A stretch of 37,656 nucleotides of DNA from a bacterium (GTDB lineage: Bacteria; Bacteroidota; Ignavibacteria; UBA10030). The notes beneath the pieces were generated by a model. It ran no database searches, was not told where the DNA came from, and saw nothing but the letters and a program-made list of their open reading frames with translations. Shown here piece after piece: positions 22,347-33,326 of this stretch (positions within the stretch are counted from its first letter, which is position 1; the number at the start of each line of letters is the position of its first letter). The translations under genes were made by a program, and so were the position numbers. The stretch covers positions 1 to 37,656 of the forward strand of contig JAZDJN010000046.1 in NCBI GenBank assembly GCA_043803945.1, read 5' to 3'.

Positions 22347-23282
22347 TTAGAGGGGATATACTTTCTGCAATTCAGCACTTCGTTGTTTATCAAGATTCAT
22401 TTGGGCGATGAGCGCCTCTGATGAATCAAACTTTACTTCGTCGCGCAGTTTTAGAATGAAGAAAAGCTCCAGTTGCTGGTTGTAAAGATCACCCTCGAAA
22501 TCCGACACATACACCTCTATAACCCGCTGGCCATGTTTATAGAAGGTCGGCCTCACTCCGATGCTCAGCATCCCGTAATATTTCTTTCCCTGGATTTTCA
22601 CTTTGACGAAATAGATTCCGTTGCCAGGGGTCAGTTTCTTCGGCGAAAGCGGTTGAACGTTCGCTGTTGGATAGCCTAGTGTTTTTCCCCGACCGTCTCC
22701 TCGTATGACAAATCCACTGAGGCCGTAGTGTCTTCCAAGTAATGCAGATGCACGATCAACCTCGCCATCGAGTAAATGTTGACGGATTCCCGAGCTGCTC
22801 ACGAGTTCTCCGTCAACGTGAACAGGTTTGATCGCCGTGACGGAAAATTCGAATTCTTTCCCCAATTGGAGCAAGCTCTCAACTCCCCCTTCACGATCAC
22901 GTCCGAAGTGATGGTCGTATCCTTCAACCACCTCACTCACCCCGATTCCCTCGACCAGGAATTTCAGGTAGAAGTCACGCGACTTATTTCGGGAGAATTC
23001 ATAGGTAAACGGAATAACATAGAGGATATCTATTCCCGCTTCACCACAGAGTGCTACCCGTTCCTCCAAGGTTGTTAAGAGCTGTATGTTGTTCCCCCGA
23101 AGCACCTCTTTCGGGTGTGGTTCAAATGTAACAACAACGCTCCTCCCCTTCATATCAAGGGCACGTTCGACGACTTCTTTTAAAAGTATCTGATGTCCCA
23201 GATGCACACCATCGAAAGATCCCACAGTGACAACCGAGTTTTTGACATTGTCAATGTCCTGTATGTATTGCGTCACTTTCAT
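22347..23282 (-). CDS. ribF: Bifunctional riboflavin kinase/FAD synthetase
   Basis: GSFDGVHLGHQ, TFEPHP, GYDHHFG, SSSGIR, GRGKTLGYPTAN, IGVRPTF, LRDEVKF. Confidence 0.97.
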   Translation of the reverse strand: MKVTQYIQDIDNVKNSVVTVGSFDGVHLGHQILLKEVVERALDMKGRSVVVTFEPHPKEVLRGNNIQLLTTLEERVALCGEAGIDILYVIPFTYEFSRNKSRDFYLKFLVEGIGVSEVVEGYDHHFGRDREGGVESLLQLGKEFEFSVTAIKPVHVDGELVSSSGIRQHLLDGEVDRASALLGRHYGLSGFVIRGDGRGKTLGYPTANVQPLSPKKLTPGNGIYFVKVKIQGKKYYGMLSIGVRPTFYKHGQRVIEVYVSDFEGDLYNQQLELFFILKLRDEVKFDSSEALIAQMNLDKQRSAELQKVYPL

Positions 23283-24012
23283 GGTATGGCACTGCCGACA
23301 GTTTGATTGTCTCTGATAATGTTTTCAATTCTTCATAGGTAAAAGCATCTTCAATGCGATACTCTCCGATCCGAGTCCGTCGAAGAGTTAACAGTGATGC
23401 CCCACAACTCAAGTGGATGCCAAGATCATTCACGAGGCTCCGTATATAGGTCCCCTTCGAGCAAATCACACGGAAATCAACGTAGGGTGCTTCATAGCGA
23501 AGCAAGTCAAAAAGGGAGATGTCGATGACTTTCGCTTCCCTCTCGACTGTTCTTCCCTTTCGGGCATACTTATATAGCGGTTTGCCTTTATATTTTACAG
23601 CCGAATACATTGGAGGCACTTGTGTTTGCTTGCCGGTAAATTTTATAAACGTTTCCTCAAGCATTTTTTGCGTGACGTGATCATAGTTCTTTCTCTCGGC
23701 AACACTCGTTTCGGTATCGAAGCTGGGAGTGTGAATACCAAGTTCGAATCTGCCGCGATACTCTTTCTCCAATCCCATAAAGGTATTGAGTTCTTTTGTC
23801 TTTCTGCCAGTACAGAGTATTAAAAGACCTGTTGCTTTCGGATCGAGCGTTCCTGCATGCCCTGCTTTATCGATCTGAAAAAGATGACGGACCTTCGTTA
23901 TTGCATCCATCGATGTCCATTCCAGCGGCTTATCAAAGAGCAGCAATTCCCCCGCTCCGTTGAACTGCCCTGGATTCCATTGAGAGTCAGGAGGAGCTAT
24001 CCGGTTCAGCAC
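23251..24012 (-). CDS. truB: tRNA pseudouridine(55) synthase
   Basis: DKPLEWTS, GHAGTLDPKATGLL, QVPPMYSAVK..GK.LY, CSKGTYIRSL, LRRTRIG; probable start GTG 24012 after AAGGAA (ATG 24042 also possible). Confidence 0.96.
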   Translation of the reverse strand: MLNRIAPPDSQWNPGQFNGAGELLLFDKPLEWTSMDAITKVRHLFQIDKAGHAGTLDPKATGLLILCTGRKTKELNTFMGLEKEYRGRFELGIHTPSFDTETSVAERKNYDHVTQKMLEETFIKFTGKQTQVPPMYSAVKYKGKPLYKYARKGRTVEREAKVIDISLFDLLRYEAPYVDFRVICSKGTYIRSLVNDLGIHLSCGASLLTLRRTRIGEYRIEDAFTYEELKTLSETIKLSAVPYHESDAIHTGH

Positions 24013-24364
24013 TTGTTCCTTCCGACTGTTTATGGATTTCATTGAGCAGCGTCTCAATTCTCATCGCCGTATCCAATGACTCATCCAAATAGAATGAGAG
24101 TGCAGGGGTGTATTTCAGCCGCAATCCGTGCCCTAATTCTGACCGGATAAAAGACTTCTCGGTTCCAAGGAATGTCAGGGTTTTCCTTTTCTTCTCCGTA
24201 TCGCCAAAAATACTTATAAAGATTTTTGCGTTTTTCAAGTCTGGACTCATCCGGACTTCTGTTACTGTAATGAGCCCATACTTCTCCATGGAATAATTTT
24301 TCTGCAAGATGTCGCTTATAATTTCTTTTATCACCGAGGATACTTTTTGCGTCCGCACTGACAT
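23987..24364 (-). CDS. rbfA: Ribosome-binding factor A
   Basis: MSVRTQKV, ITVTEVRMSPDLKNAKIFIS, LRLKYTPALSFYLDES; start ATG 24364, just downstream of infB. Confidence 0.96.
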   Translation of the reverse strand: MSVRTQKVSSVIKEIISDILQKNYSMEKYGLITVTEVRMSPDLKNAKIFISIFGDTEKKRKTLTFLGTEKSFIRSELGHGLRLKYTPALSFYLDESLDTAMRIETLLNEIHKQSEGTSAEPDSSS

Positions 24365-24380
24365 TGCTCGTTCACCTTCC

Positions 24381-27125
24381 CTACAACTTCCGCTTTGTTT
24401 CGATTGTCGTATAAGCTTCGATGATATCGCCGGCCTTGATGTCGTTGTATCCATCAAGCATGATTCCACATTCGAATCCTTGTTCAACTTCCCGAACATC
24501 TTCTTTAAAACGCTTCAGAGATGCGATGGATCCATCGAAAATCACCAGTCCTTCACGAACGAGTCGGACATTATTATTCCGAATGATTTTCCCATCCTGA
24601 ACATTACATCCTGCGATTGATCCAACCTTAGAGATTTTGAAGACTTCGCGCACTTCCACAGTTGCCAACACCATTTCAGAAATGGTTGGCGCAAGCATCC
24701 CTTCAAGAGCTTTTCTCACTTCTTCAATGGCATCGTAGATGATATTGTAAAGTCTAATATCGACCTCTTCCTTTTCTGCCAGCCTTCGGGCATTCAGGTT
24801 GGGGCGCACATGGAAGCCAATGATAACCGCAGCAGAAGCAGTTGCCAGCAGTACATCCGATTCAGAAATTCCTCCGACTCCTTTGTGAATAACAACAACC
24901 TTGACTTCCTTCGTCGATAGTTTCATTAACGAATCGGAGAGTGCTTCCACAGAGCCATCCACATCACCTTTTACGATGATTGGAAGGTCTTTCACGCGTC
25001 CTTCCTTAATTTGCTTGGAGAGATCATCAAGCGTGATCATACGACGCTGCCTGAAATCTTGTTCCCGCTTAAGCTGTTGCCGCTTCAAGCTGATATCGCG
25101 AGCCTCCCGCTCGCTTTCAAGAACAACGAGTTCATCACCCGCCTGAGGAATTCCATCGAATCCGATCATCTGCACGGGTTGAGAAGGTTTCGCAGCTTCA
25201 ATGCGGCGCCCCCGCTCATCAAACATTGCTCGGACACGGCCGCTCCATATGCCGCAGATGAAGGAATCACCGACTCTCATAGTACCTTTTTGCACCAACA
25301 CCGTTGCAAGAATGCCTTTTCCTTTATCCAATTCAGATTCAATAACAACGCCCCGCGCTAACCTATTTGGATTGGCTGTCAATTCAAGCACTTCAGCTTC
25401 AAGAAGAATCTTCTCCAGTAATTGATCGACTTTTTCACCAGTCTTCGCCGAAAGTTCCACAGTCTGATGCTTCCCGCCCCATTCCTCGACGAGAACACTT
25501 TTTTCGGATAATTGTTGTTTAATCCGTTCGGGATTGGCGTCGCCTTTATCCATCTTATTGATTGCGATAATGATCGGTACCCCGGCCGCCTGAGCATGGC
25601 TGATTGCCTCGACCGTTTGAGGCATCACACTGTCATCAGCTGCTACAACGAGCACAACGATATCAGTCACCTGGGCGCCGCGTGCACGCATTGCAGTGAA
25701 TGCTTCGTGGCCAGGCGTATCGAGGAAGGTGATCTCTTTATTGCCTTCGAGTGATACTTCATAAGCACCGATGTGCTGAGTAATACCACCGGCTTCGCCT
25801 GCAACAACATTTGCACTGCGGATATAATCGAGTAAAGAAGTTTTCCCGTGGTCAACATGACCCATGATTGTAACCACTGGTGGCCGCGGGCGCAGTGATT
25901 CAGGATCATCCTCTGCATCAAAAAGGATATCTGAAGTAAATTCTGTATCAAATTGCACCTGAAGGCCGAATTCATCAGAGACAAGCGTAATCGTATCCTT
26001 ATCCAGACGCTGGTTGATAGAGACCATAATACCGAGACCGATACACTTTTGAATAACCTCTGCCACTGTTACACGCATTAAATCGGCCAGCTCCCCCACA
26101 GTAACGAATTCAGTCACCCGGAGAATTGATTTTTCCTTTTCAAGCTCTTCAAGAATCCGCTGTTCCTCTTCTTCACGCTCTTTCTTCCGTTTCTTCCTCA
26201 TCGCTGCTCGAGCACTGACAGAATCGTCTTCCATTTCGGCGAGAGTATCCCTGATCGCTCGTTCCACTTCCTCTTCATTCACTTCACTATGCCGCAGCTT
26301 TTTCCGCTTTTTGCTTTTAATCTCAAGCTCATCTTCAGGCTGTTGTGCCTTGCCGACAGTCTTTTTTGACTCTTGCCGAACTTTTTTCTTCTTTTTCTTC
26401 TTCTTTTTCTTCTCTTCCTCCTCAGGTTCGGCTGCGAGAGCAGTTTTTTGTTCGATCTTCGGCTGTTCAATTTCCATCTTTCCCTTGATGGTCAGTCCTT
26501 TACGCGGACGAGCTATTGCTTTTTCAAGAGGTGATAAATCGGCTTTCTTCTTCTCCTCTTTTTTGTGTGGTTTCTCATCTGCCTTTCCTTTCTTCTCTTC
26601 CTCTCCCTCTTTTTTCTGAACTGCGGTTTCTGTTTTTTCAGAAACCGGGGCTGGCTGTTGAGCTTCAGGAATGTGTTCTTCTTCAGAAGCGGGTGTTGGT
26701 TCGACTGATGGTACTGGTGCTTCAGGCACGGGTGATTCTTCAAGAAGTGGCTGCTCGACCTCAGAGTGAACCGGTGCTGCAACCGGTTTCTGTACTATAC
26801 CCTGTTCCGGGTAAACAACCGGAGGAGGAGGTGGTGGAGGTACTTCTTCCACCACTGCGGCCTTTTTCTCGATCTTCTCAGGAGTTTCTTTTTTTGTCCT
26901 GGAGCTTCTGAATTCCTGCAGCTTTCGTTGATGCCGTTCTGCAACATCCTTATCCTTTTTGAAATGCGACATGATCGCGCTCATCATTTCATCAGTCGCA
27001 GGACTCATATGGCTCTTCACATTAAAACCTTTCTTGTGAAGAAATTCCAAAATCGTTTCACTCGAAAGATTCAACTCTGTCGCTAATTTGTAGATCTTAA
27101 TCTTTTTTGAAGCATGCTCTACCAT
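24381..27125 (-). CDS. infB: Translation initiation factor IF-2
   Basis: [63 protein letters not shown]. Confidence 0.99.
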   Translation of the reverse strand: MVEHASKKIKIYKLATELNLSSETILEFLHKKGFNVKSHMSPATDEMMSAIMSHFKKDKDVAERHQRKLQEFRSSRTKKETPEKIEKKAAVVEEVPPPPPPPVVYPEQGIVQKPVAAPVHSEVEQPLLEESPVPEAPVPSVEPTPASEEEHIPEAQQPAPVSEKTETAVQKKEGEEEKKGKADEKPHKKEEKKKADLSPLEKAIARPRKGLTIKGKMEIEQPKIEQKTALAAEPEEEEKKKKKKKKKKVRQESKKTVGKAQQPEDELEIKSKKRKKLRHSEVNEEEVERAIRDTLAEMEDDSVSARAAMRKKRKKEREEEEQRILEELEKEKSILRVTEFVTVGELADLMRVTVAEVIQKCIGLGIMVSINQRLDKDTITLVSDEFGLQVQFDTEFTSDILFDAEDDPESLRPRPPVVTIMGHVDHGKTSLLDYIRSANVVAGEAGGITQHIGAYEVSLEGNKEITFLDTPGHEAFTAMRARGAQVTDIVVLVVAADDSVMPQTVEAISHAQAAGVPIIIAINKMDKGDANPERIKQQLSEKSVLVEEWGGKHQTVELSAKTGEKVDQLLEKILLEAEVLELTANPNRLARGVVIESELDKGKGILATVLVQKGTMRVGDSFICGIWSGRVRAMFDERGRRIEAAKPSQPVQMIGFDGIPQAGDELVVLESEREARDISLKRQQLKREQDFRQRRMITLDDLSKQIKEGRVKDLPIIVKGDVDGSVEALSDSLMKLSTKEVKVVVIHKGVGGISESDVLLATASAAVIIGFHVRPNLNARRLAEKEEVDIRLYNIIYDAIEEVRKALEGMLAPTISEMVLATVEVREVFKISKVGSIAGCNVQDGKIIRNNNVRLVREGLVIFDGSIASLKRFKEDVREVEQGFECGIMLDGYNDIKAGDIIEAYTTIETKRKL

Positions 27126-27154
27126 GCATTACCTGTCAGGTTTGGTACACAACG

Positions 27155-28561
27155 TTATGAAGATGATTGTTCGTCGTCTGTTTGACTTTGCTCGCCTGCA
27201 GAGTCGTTAACAGACAGCTTTTCCTCTTTAAGTTGTTCCGGTACTTTCGCCTCCTCTTCCTCATTCTTCTTCAGACTGGGTTGCGGGAGTTGCCCGGATT
27301 CTTCTGCCTCCTCAATTTCCGCTTCTTCTAATCCCTTCTTCAGCATCTCGACGATTTCAACTATTTTTCCCTTTTCTTCACCAATGGTCGAGACGAGTTC
27401 ATCAACCGGTGTATCAATAACATCACGAACGGTATCAAACTTCTCGTCGAAGAACTTATGGAAGAGGACCTCGCCGAGTTCTTCCCGGAATTCCGATAGA
27501 TCCATATCATATTCTTCGTCTTCTTCCCCGCCCTCTTTAATCAGTTGGATATCATAGCCGGTTAACTTTGAAGCAAGCCGCACGTTCTGACCATTCTTTC
27601 CGATCGCCAACGAGACCTGATCGGCAATAACAAGAACCGTTGCTTTCTTATTTTCTTTATCAATCTGAATTTCTTTTAGTTTTGCCGGAGCAAGTGAGCG
27701 AGTGATAAAGGCCGTCGAATCATCTGTCCAGTTGATCACGTCGATATTCTCATTATTCAACTCACGCACGATTGCATGGATACGCACACCTTTCATTCCC
27801 ACGCATGCTCCTACCGCATCGATCCTGTCATCATGGGATAGGACTGAAACCTTTGCCCGATCACCCGGCTCCCGTGCAATCGCTTTGATTTCGATGATAC
27901 CATCGTAAATCTCGGGAATTTCTAGTTCGAAGAGCCGCATGAGAAATTTCGGATCGGTCCGCGAAATAATAACGGTTGGATTGCCGGCTCCCTTGCGCAC
28001 TTCCTTGACAACGGCACGAATCGTATCGCCCTTCTTATAGCGTTCCTTGTAGATCTGTTCGCTCCTTGGTAAAAGAAGCTCATTCTTATTGTTGATGACA
28101 AGAATTTCCCCTTTTCCCTTCCTGATTTGATAAATTTCTCCAACCACGATCTCACCGAGCGCTGACGAATACTCGTTATAGATCGCTTCCCTCTCAATTT
28201 CCTTAATGCGTTGATTCAAATTCTGTTTGGCGCTGACAACCAATCGTCTGCCAAAACTATGAAGGGGGACAATTTCCACATAATCCTCACCGACCTCCAT
28301 TTCCTCACCACTTCTTTTTCTTGCCTCTTTGATATCAATTTGAATAATGGGATCTGTCACCTCATCCACAACTTCTCGCTCAAGATAAATTTCGATATCG
28401 CCCTTATCCATGTTTACAACCACTTCAAACTTTGCAGTTAGACCATATTTTTTCCTCACTATCATTCCAAAGATATCCTCAATTATGCCAACGAGGATAT
28501 CTTTATCAATGCCTTTCTCACGGGCCATTTGGGCAAAAGATTCAACAATTTCGTGATTCAT
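27155..28561 (-). CDS. nusA: Transcription termination/antitermination factor NusA
   Basis: FGRR....AKQ, S1 domain, LFELEIPEI, AREPGDRAK, GACVGMKG, AIGKNGQNVRLASKLTG. Confidence 0.98.
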   Translation of the reverse strand: MNHEIVESFAQMAREKGIDKDILVGIIEDIFGMIVRKKYGLTAKFEVVVNMDKGDIEIYLEREVVDEVTDPIIQIDIKEARKRSGEEMEVGEDYVEIVPLHSFGRRLVVSAKQNLNQRIKEIEREAIYNEYSSALGEIVVGEIYQIRKGKGEILVINNKNELLLPRSEQIYKERYKKGDTIRAVVKEVRKGAGNPTVIISRTDPKFLMRLFELEIPEIYDGIIEIKAIAREPGDRAKVSVLSHDDRIDAVGACVGMKGVRIHAIVRELNNENIDVINWTDDSTAFITRSLAPAKLKEIQIDKENKKATVLVIADQVSLAIGKNGQNVRLASKLTGYDIQLIKEGGEEDEEYDMDLSEFREELGEVLFHKFFDEKFDTVRDVIDTPVDELVSTIGEEKGKIVEIVEMLKKGLEEAEIEEAEESGQLPQPSLKKNEEEEAKVPEQLKEEKLSVNDSAGEQSQTDDEQSSS

Positions 28562-28599
28562 CTATTCCTCCTACATACAAAGAAGTGGTGCATGGTAAT

Positions 28600-29058
28600 C
28601 TACCAGGGCAATTCTTCTTTTGATTCAAGTATTTGAGAGAATTCTATACGAATAGGTTCAGAATTCTCAGATGTAACTGTTAGAACCTCATTGTCTATTG
28701 CTGTCAAGGTTCCGACCAGGGTTTGGCTCGTTGTGCCTTTCTGATATCGGACCCGAAAGGTCCTGCCGATATTTTTCCTATACTGTCTTAACAACCTGAT
28801 CGGTTTATCAATGCCAGGAGAAGAAACCTCAAGCCTATACGCATGTTCGAACACTCCTGACAATTCAAGCGCCTTGCTTATAGAACGACCTAATGCCGCA
28901 CATTCAGAAATCCGAATTCCTGAATCGGTATCAAGGAATATCTGGATGAGTTTTATCCCATGATCGCTACCGATCACTATATCGACAAGGAACGCATTGC
29001 CCTCTTCGATGATCGGTTCGACTAAAGCCTTTATTTTTTCTTTAATTTGAGCAATCAT
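28600..29058 (-). CDS. rimP: Ribosome maturation factor RimP
   Basis: D.D.GI.I.EC, YRLEVSSPGIDKP; directly upstream of nusA. Confidence 0.95.
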   Translation of the reverse strand: MIAQIKEKIKALVEPIIEEGNAFLVDIVIGSDHGIKLIQIFLDTDSGIRISECAALGRSISKALELSGVFEHAYRLEVSSPGIDKPIRLLRQYRKNIGRTFRVRYQKGTTSQTLVGTLTAIDNEVLTVTSENSEPIRIEFSQILESKEELPW

Positions 29059-29068
29059 ATTTCATTTT

Positions 29069-29097
29069 AAAAAAAAATAGCCCGAATGGCGGGCTAT
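29069..29097 (-). terminator. Terminator-like hairpin in the rimP leader (probable attenuator)
   Basis: Minus strand ATAGCCCG-CCATT-CGGGCTAT running into a T9 tract, located between a promoter motif and the rimP ATG. Confidence 0.75.
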
Positions 29098-29117
29098 CTC
29101 AACATCGAGGCGTTGAA

Positions 29118-29146
29118 AATATAAGGAATCCTGCCAAGAGATGCAA
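29118..29146 (-). promoter_or_regulatory. Putative promoter of the rimP-nusA-infB operon
   Basis: Minus strand TTGCAT, 17 nt spacer, TATATT. Confidence 0.65.
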
Positions 29147-29155
29147 GCCTTCTGC

Positions 29156-29872
29156 CTAAAAGTTTGTGATAACGTGCTCGGTTCTATAGAATTCATTAAT
29201 TTTTAGTGCCACTTCTTTGGGATCATCAATAATGTGAAAAATTTGCAAATCTTCTTTCGAAATCATTCCCTGTTTTATTAAGGTTTCGTTAATCCAATCT
29301 AAAAGGCCGGACCAAAAGGAGGAATCGACCAGGATGACAGGAAACTTTTTCGTTTTCGAGGTTTGAATGAGAGTAACCGCCTCAAAGAATTCATCCAACG
29401 TTCCAAAACCACCAGGCAACACAACAAATCCATGTGCATACTTTACGAACATCACTTTCCGGACAAAGAAATGCCTGAATGTTACTACTCTGCCCCTATC
29501 GATGTAACGATTCGCCTCCTGCTCAAATGGAAGATCAATATTGACCCCTACTGATGCACCGTTGGCTTCCTGTGCTCCCTTATTTGCCGCTTCCATAATA
29601 CCGGGGCCTCCACCGGTGAGAATGTTAAATCCATTCTGAACTAGCTCTTTCGCCACATTAACCGCAAGCTCGTAATGCCGAGTCCCAGGGAGAGTGCGTG
29701 CAGATCCAAAAATCGAAACGAGATTTTTTTGCTGCGACATTAATGTAAATCCATCGACAAACTCAGCCATAATCCTGAAGATGCGCCAAATGTCATTTTG
29801 AGCTGTCATTAATTGTCGAAGCTGGGCATCTTGTGAGAATTCGTGTAAAAATTGTCGTTCCTGGTCATTCAT
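29156..29872 (-). CDS. LOG family protein (TIGR00730-like nucleotide phosphoribohydrolase)
   Basis: VSIFGSAR, TGGGPGIMEAANKGA, LPFEQ, FFVRKVMF, PGGFGTLDE. Confidence 0.93.
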   Translation of the reverse strand: MNDQERQFLHEFSQDAQLRQLMTAQNDIWRIFRIMAEFVDGFTLMSQQKNLVSIFGSARTLPGTRHYELAVNVAKELVQNGFNILTGGGPGIMEAANKGAQEANGASVGVNIDLPFEQEANRYIDRGRVVTFRHFFVRKVMFVKYAHGFVVLPGGFGTLDEFFEAVTLIQTSKTKKFPVILVDSSFWSGLLDWINETLIKQGMISKEDLQIFHIIDDPKEVALKINEFYRTEHVITNF

Positions 29873-29923
29873 ACAATTTCCCTTCAGTTATCCACCCGTC
29901 ACTGGTTTATACGATATGTCATT

Positions 29924-30016
29924 TCAGGCTATGACTCCTGTCTGGAATTCACAATCCTCACCTTCATAATTGCGTACCCTCAGCGTCAGTGTATGCTTGA
30001 ATTTCCGTTTATCCAT
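29924..30016 (-). pseudogene. 30-codon remnant resembling an internally deleted YbgC/4HBT-like acyl-CoA thioesterase
   Basis: ATG overlaps the ltaE stop (TGATG); reads [30 protein letters not shown]. The first part resembles a hotdog thioesterase N-terminal strand that normally continues into the catalytic D..G.V motif. Confidence 0.5.
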
Positions 30017-31068
30017 CAGCTCCTCATCTCCTTCGAAATTTGGTCGAAAATCAGTGCGGCAGTTTTAATTTCTTCAAAGGATACATCAAGATGTGTTACT
30101 GCCCGGAGCGTCGATATGCCCAGATCCAGAAGAAGTAGATTTTTCTCCTGTAACATAGCTGCTACTTCAGCGGCGGTCTTATCACAGTTGACGGTATCGA
30201 TATAGATGATATTCGTCTGGACGGTAGCCAGATCGATAGAGAATCCTGGTAATTGAGACACTCGTTCTGCAAGGTAGGATGCTTTTTCATGATCTTCTTT
30301 CAGACGCTCGATATTATGATCCATTGCGTACTGAGCTGCAGCAGCGAGAATACCAACCTGCCGCATACCGCCGCCAAAGAGTTTTCTCACTCTTCGAGCC
30401 TTTGCAATTAGTTCTTCAGAGCCGGCAATCATCGAACCGATCGGGGCACCTAATCCTTTCGAAAAGCAAACTGAGACGGAATCAAAATATTTTGCATACT
30501 CTTTCGGATGAATACCCGTTGCCATCCAGGCATTCCAGAGGCGTGCTCCATCAAGATGCATTTTGATACCGATTGCTTTTGTGTATTCCCGGATTTTCTT
30601 TATTTCGTCGAGCGGATAAATTGTACCCCCGGCACGATTATGTGTATTTTCAAGGCAAACAAGTGAGGTTCTGGGTTGGTGAGGATCATTCGGTCGAATC
30701 GCTCCGGCAATCTTTTCTACCTTCATAACCCCTAAAGGAGCTTGCAGCGTTGCAAGCTGTACGCCGGAGAGGACTGCCGGCCCGGCTGCTTCATATTTAA
30801 AAATATGGGATTGTTGTTCGACGATAATCTCATCTCCCGGCAATGTTTGGGATTTGATGGCAATCTGGTTTGCCATTACTCCTGTGGGAACAAATAGTGC
30901 TGCCTGTTTTCCCAAAAGAGCTGCAACATGTTCTTGTAACTTATTCACCGTTGGATCTTCGCCGAAGACATCATCGCCAACCTCAGCTTCAGCCATGGCT
31001 CTTCTCATCTCAGGTGAGGGTTTCGTAATGGTATCACTGCGTAAATCAATTGCGTATGTGGTCATCAT
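30016..31068 (-). CDS. ltaE: Low-specificity L-threonine aldolase
   Basis: [56 protein letters not shown]. Confidence 0.96.
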   Translation of the reverse strand: MMTTYAIDLRSDTITKPSPEMRRAMAEAEVGDDVFGEDPTVNKLQEHVAALLGKQAALFVPTGVMANQIAIKSQTLPGDEIIVEQQSHIFKYEAAGPAVLSGVQLATLQAPLGVMKVEKIAGAIRPNDPHQPRTSLVCLENTHNRAGGTIYPLDEIKKIREYTKAIGIKMHLDGARLWNAWMATGIHPKEYAKYFDSVSVCFSKGLGAPIGSMIAGSEELIAKARRVRKLFGGGMRQVGILAAAAQYAMDHNIERLKEDHEKASYLAERVSQLPGFSIDLATVQTNIIYIDTVNCDKTAAEVAAMLQEKNLLLLDLGISTLRAVTHLDVSFEEIKTAALIFDQISKEMRS

Positions 31069-31072
31069 GCAC

Positions 31073-32701
31073 CTATCCTTTTTTCCGATTTACAGCGACT
31101 GCTCCAATGCTCATACAGAGGAGAACTGCGACACAGGTTTGTGCAAAGAGATCCCCGTTCTTTGCATAAAAGGTCAATTCATCCTCAATAGATATCTGTT
31201 GAGCGAGAGTTGTGCTTGTGAAAAGTGGTGTTGCCTTGTGTATTCTTCCTGAAGGATCGATAAAGCCAGAGATGCCGCCGTTGGTGCAATGGAGTATCCA
31301 TCGCCGGTTTTCAATTGCACGGAGGGAAGCTATGCTAACGTGCTGGTACGCACCTGATGTATTTCCCCACCAACTGTCATTCGAAACGACAATAAGGAAC
31401 TGAACACCCCGTTTGGTGAACTCGCGGATGAAGTTGGGATACACAGATTCGTAGCAGATGATGCCGGCAAATCTCACAGAGTCATTTCGTAACGGCATCG
31501 AAAAGACGATCGTGTCTTTTCCTATACCCCACATACCGATTCCAACATTCCATTTCAGCGGCTCAATCAGAAATCGAAACGATTCCGCATAGGGAATTCT
31601 TTCTGCATAGGGGACGAGGACGATTTTCTTATAGATTTGAGTCACCGGAGCATAGGGCAGAAGAAGTGCTGTCGAATTAAAATCGTCGTAGTAGACTCCA
31701 GGCTCTATGGAGCGATTTGCCGTCAAGGGTGCATGGGATGAATCATAGAATTCGGTATGTGCCAATCCTGTGAAGACTGGGATTCCGGTTTCATCTAAAC
31801 TCTGCCTCAAATACTGATAGTACTGTTGGTAGCGTGGCGCTAAAATGCGGAATGGAATTGCGGTCTCCGGCCAAATGATCAGATCGGGTTTTGAAGCTGC
31901 TAGTTCCTTTGTTTTTTGCAGGTATGTTTGAAGTTGCATTGTGTAGGAATTCCATCTTCCGCTGTAATCCTTCCCCCACTTCTCCCACGGGTCAAGATTT
32001 GGTTGAATCATCGCAACGGTCATTTGCTTATTCGGCCTTCGACTCTGCACCTGCTGCATTTTCCAAAACCCGTATCCATAGGGAATAGAATACAGGATGA
32101 ACAGAACAACGATCATAGCGATAGGAATTGGCGACTTCCACTTCCAACCATTTTTTGTGAGAACAAGAATGAGTAAAAAGAGAATTGCATTAATGAGTAC
32201 GATCAGGAATGATAGGCCATAGACAGAGGTATATTCAATAATTTGGCTTCTGTAGAGATCGTATGCCTGACTATTCCCAAGGGTAAGCCATGGAAAAGAG
32301 AACTCACCGAGGGAGTGTGAATATTCATATGAGGTCCATAGAAATGGAAATCCGATAATCGCCAGTATGGCTCCTAATCTTTTTCGGAAGAGAAGATAAA
32401 TCGCGATGACTGCCACATAGAAGAGAGGATGGAATATCAAGAGAGCGGCGCCCGCTGCCATCATCCATGGATCTTTTGCGTGAACGAATCCGCCAGTCCA
32501 GTAAACGATACAGCAATGGAAAATAAAAAAAGCCAGGTAAGAATAACGAAGCGATTGCCAAAATCCCTTCGAGGTTTCCAGCATAAATAAAAGTGGCAGC
32601 AAGCCAACATAGGCGGATGTATACAGAGTCGAGGGTTGAAATGAAATCCCGAGCAACAATCCTGAGAGTGCTGCCAGAAGCAGCCGCATTCGTATTGACA
32701 T
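31073..32701 (-). CDS. lnt: Apolipoprotein N-acyltransferase
   Basis: Multi-TM N-terminus, FPW..LG, QPN, WPETA, YKK..LVPYAE, ICYES.YP, NDSWW, RAIENRR (E-K-C nitrilase triad). Confidence 0.95.
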   Translation of the reverse strand: MSIRMRLLLAALSGLLLGISFQPSTLYTSAYVGLLPLLFMLETSKGFWQSLRYSYLAFFIFHCCIVYWTGGFVHAKDPWMMAAGAALLIFHPLFYVAVIAIYLLFRKRLGAILAIIGFPFLWTSYEYSHSLGEFSFPWLTLGNSQAYDLYRSQIIEYTSVYGLSFLIVLINAILFLLILVLTKNGWKWKSPIPIAMIVVLFILYSIPYGYGFWKMQQVQSRRPNKQMTVAMIQPNLDPWEKWGKDYSGRWNSYTMQLQTYLQKTKELAASKPDLIIWPETAIPFRILAPRYQQYYQYLRQSLDETGIPVFTGLAHTEFYDSSHAPLTANRSIEPGVYYDDFNSTALLLPYAPVTQIYKKIVLVPYAERIPYAESFRFLIEPLKWNVGIGMWGIGKDTIVFSMPLRNDSVRFAGIICYESVYPNFIREFTKRGVQFLIVVSNDSWWGNTSGAYQHVSIASLRAIENRRWILHCTNGGISGFIDPSGRIHKATPLFTSTTLAQQISIEDELTFYAKNGDLFAQTCVAVLLCMSIGAVAVNRKKG

Positions 32702-32718
32702 AATGCTGGTTGATCGGG

Positions 32719-33318
32719 TTAGTGCGTTGTTTTGTTCTGATTGTGAGATGCGAGTGCCTTTCGCTTCAGCCAGAATGATTGCAGTGAACTAAAGAGAACT
32801 ATCATAAAGCCGCCGCAACAAAGTCCGATGATACCACCGGCAATAACATCGGAGGGATAATGAACACCGACATACACACGGGAAAAAGCAACCAATGAGG
32901 CAAAACTAAATAATCCCAACCGTGCTTTGGGATAAAAAAATGAGAGGAGGATCGCTCCTGCAAAATTATTTACTGCGTGAGAGGAAGGAAATGATAATCC
33001 GCTGCCGCAGCTCACGAGCAGGTGAACATCAGGCAGTTCATGGCAGGGCCTCAGGCGTTCAATGAGATGCTTCAGGACAGTACTATTGAATTGATCGCTG
33101 AAAATAATTGTCACAATGAGCATCAGCACCGCAGAGCGCCCCAGGTTACCTCCTTTGACGAGGAGGAGCAGAAGGATCAGTGCAACAAGAATCCGTACAA
33201 GGAGAAATTTATTCAGATCTGTCAGAAGCGGCATAAGGAAATCAAAAACGGGATTCGCTAATCCATGATTAATTGCATAGAAGAAATTGATATCGAATGA
33301 ATAAAAAAGATCAGTCAC
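32719..33318 (-). CDS. PAP2 family membrane phosphatase
   Basis: K....R.RP (KHLIERLRP), SFPSSH, SRVYVGVHYPSD. Confidence 0.93.
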   Translation of the reverse strand: MTDLFYSFDINFFYAINHGLANPVFDFLMPLLTDLNKFLLVRILVALILLLLLVKGGNLGRSAVLMLIVTIIFSDQFNSTVLKHLIERLRPCHELPDVHLLVSCGSGLSFPSSHAVNNFAGAILLSFFYPKARLGLFSFASLVAFSRVYVGVHYPSDVIAGGIIGLCCGGFMIVLFSSLQSFWLKRKALASHNQNKTTH

Positions 33319-33326
33319 CTGTTTCC

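Noticed and set aside
26300-26900. Poly-Lys/Glu/Pro low-complexity tracts and antisense poly-Phe ORFs
   Set aside because: Ordinary variable N-terminal linker of IF-2; the antisense ORFs are shadows
27131-27143. ACCTGTCAGGT near-palindrome between nusA and infB, REP-like
   Set aside because: Single short copy in the window; may be chance or part of the infB initiation region
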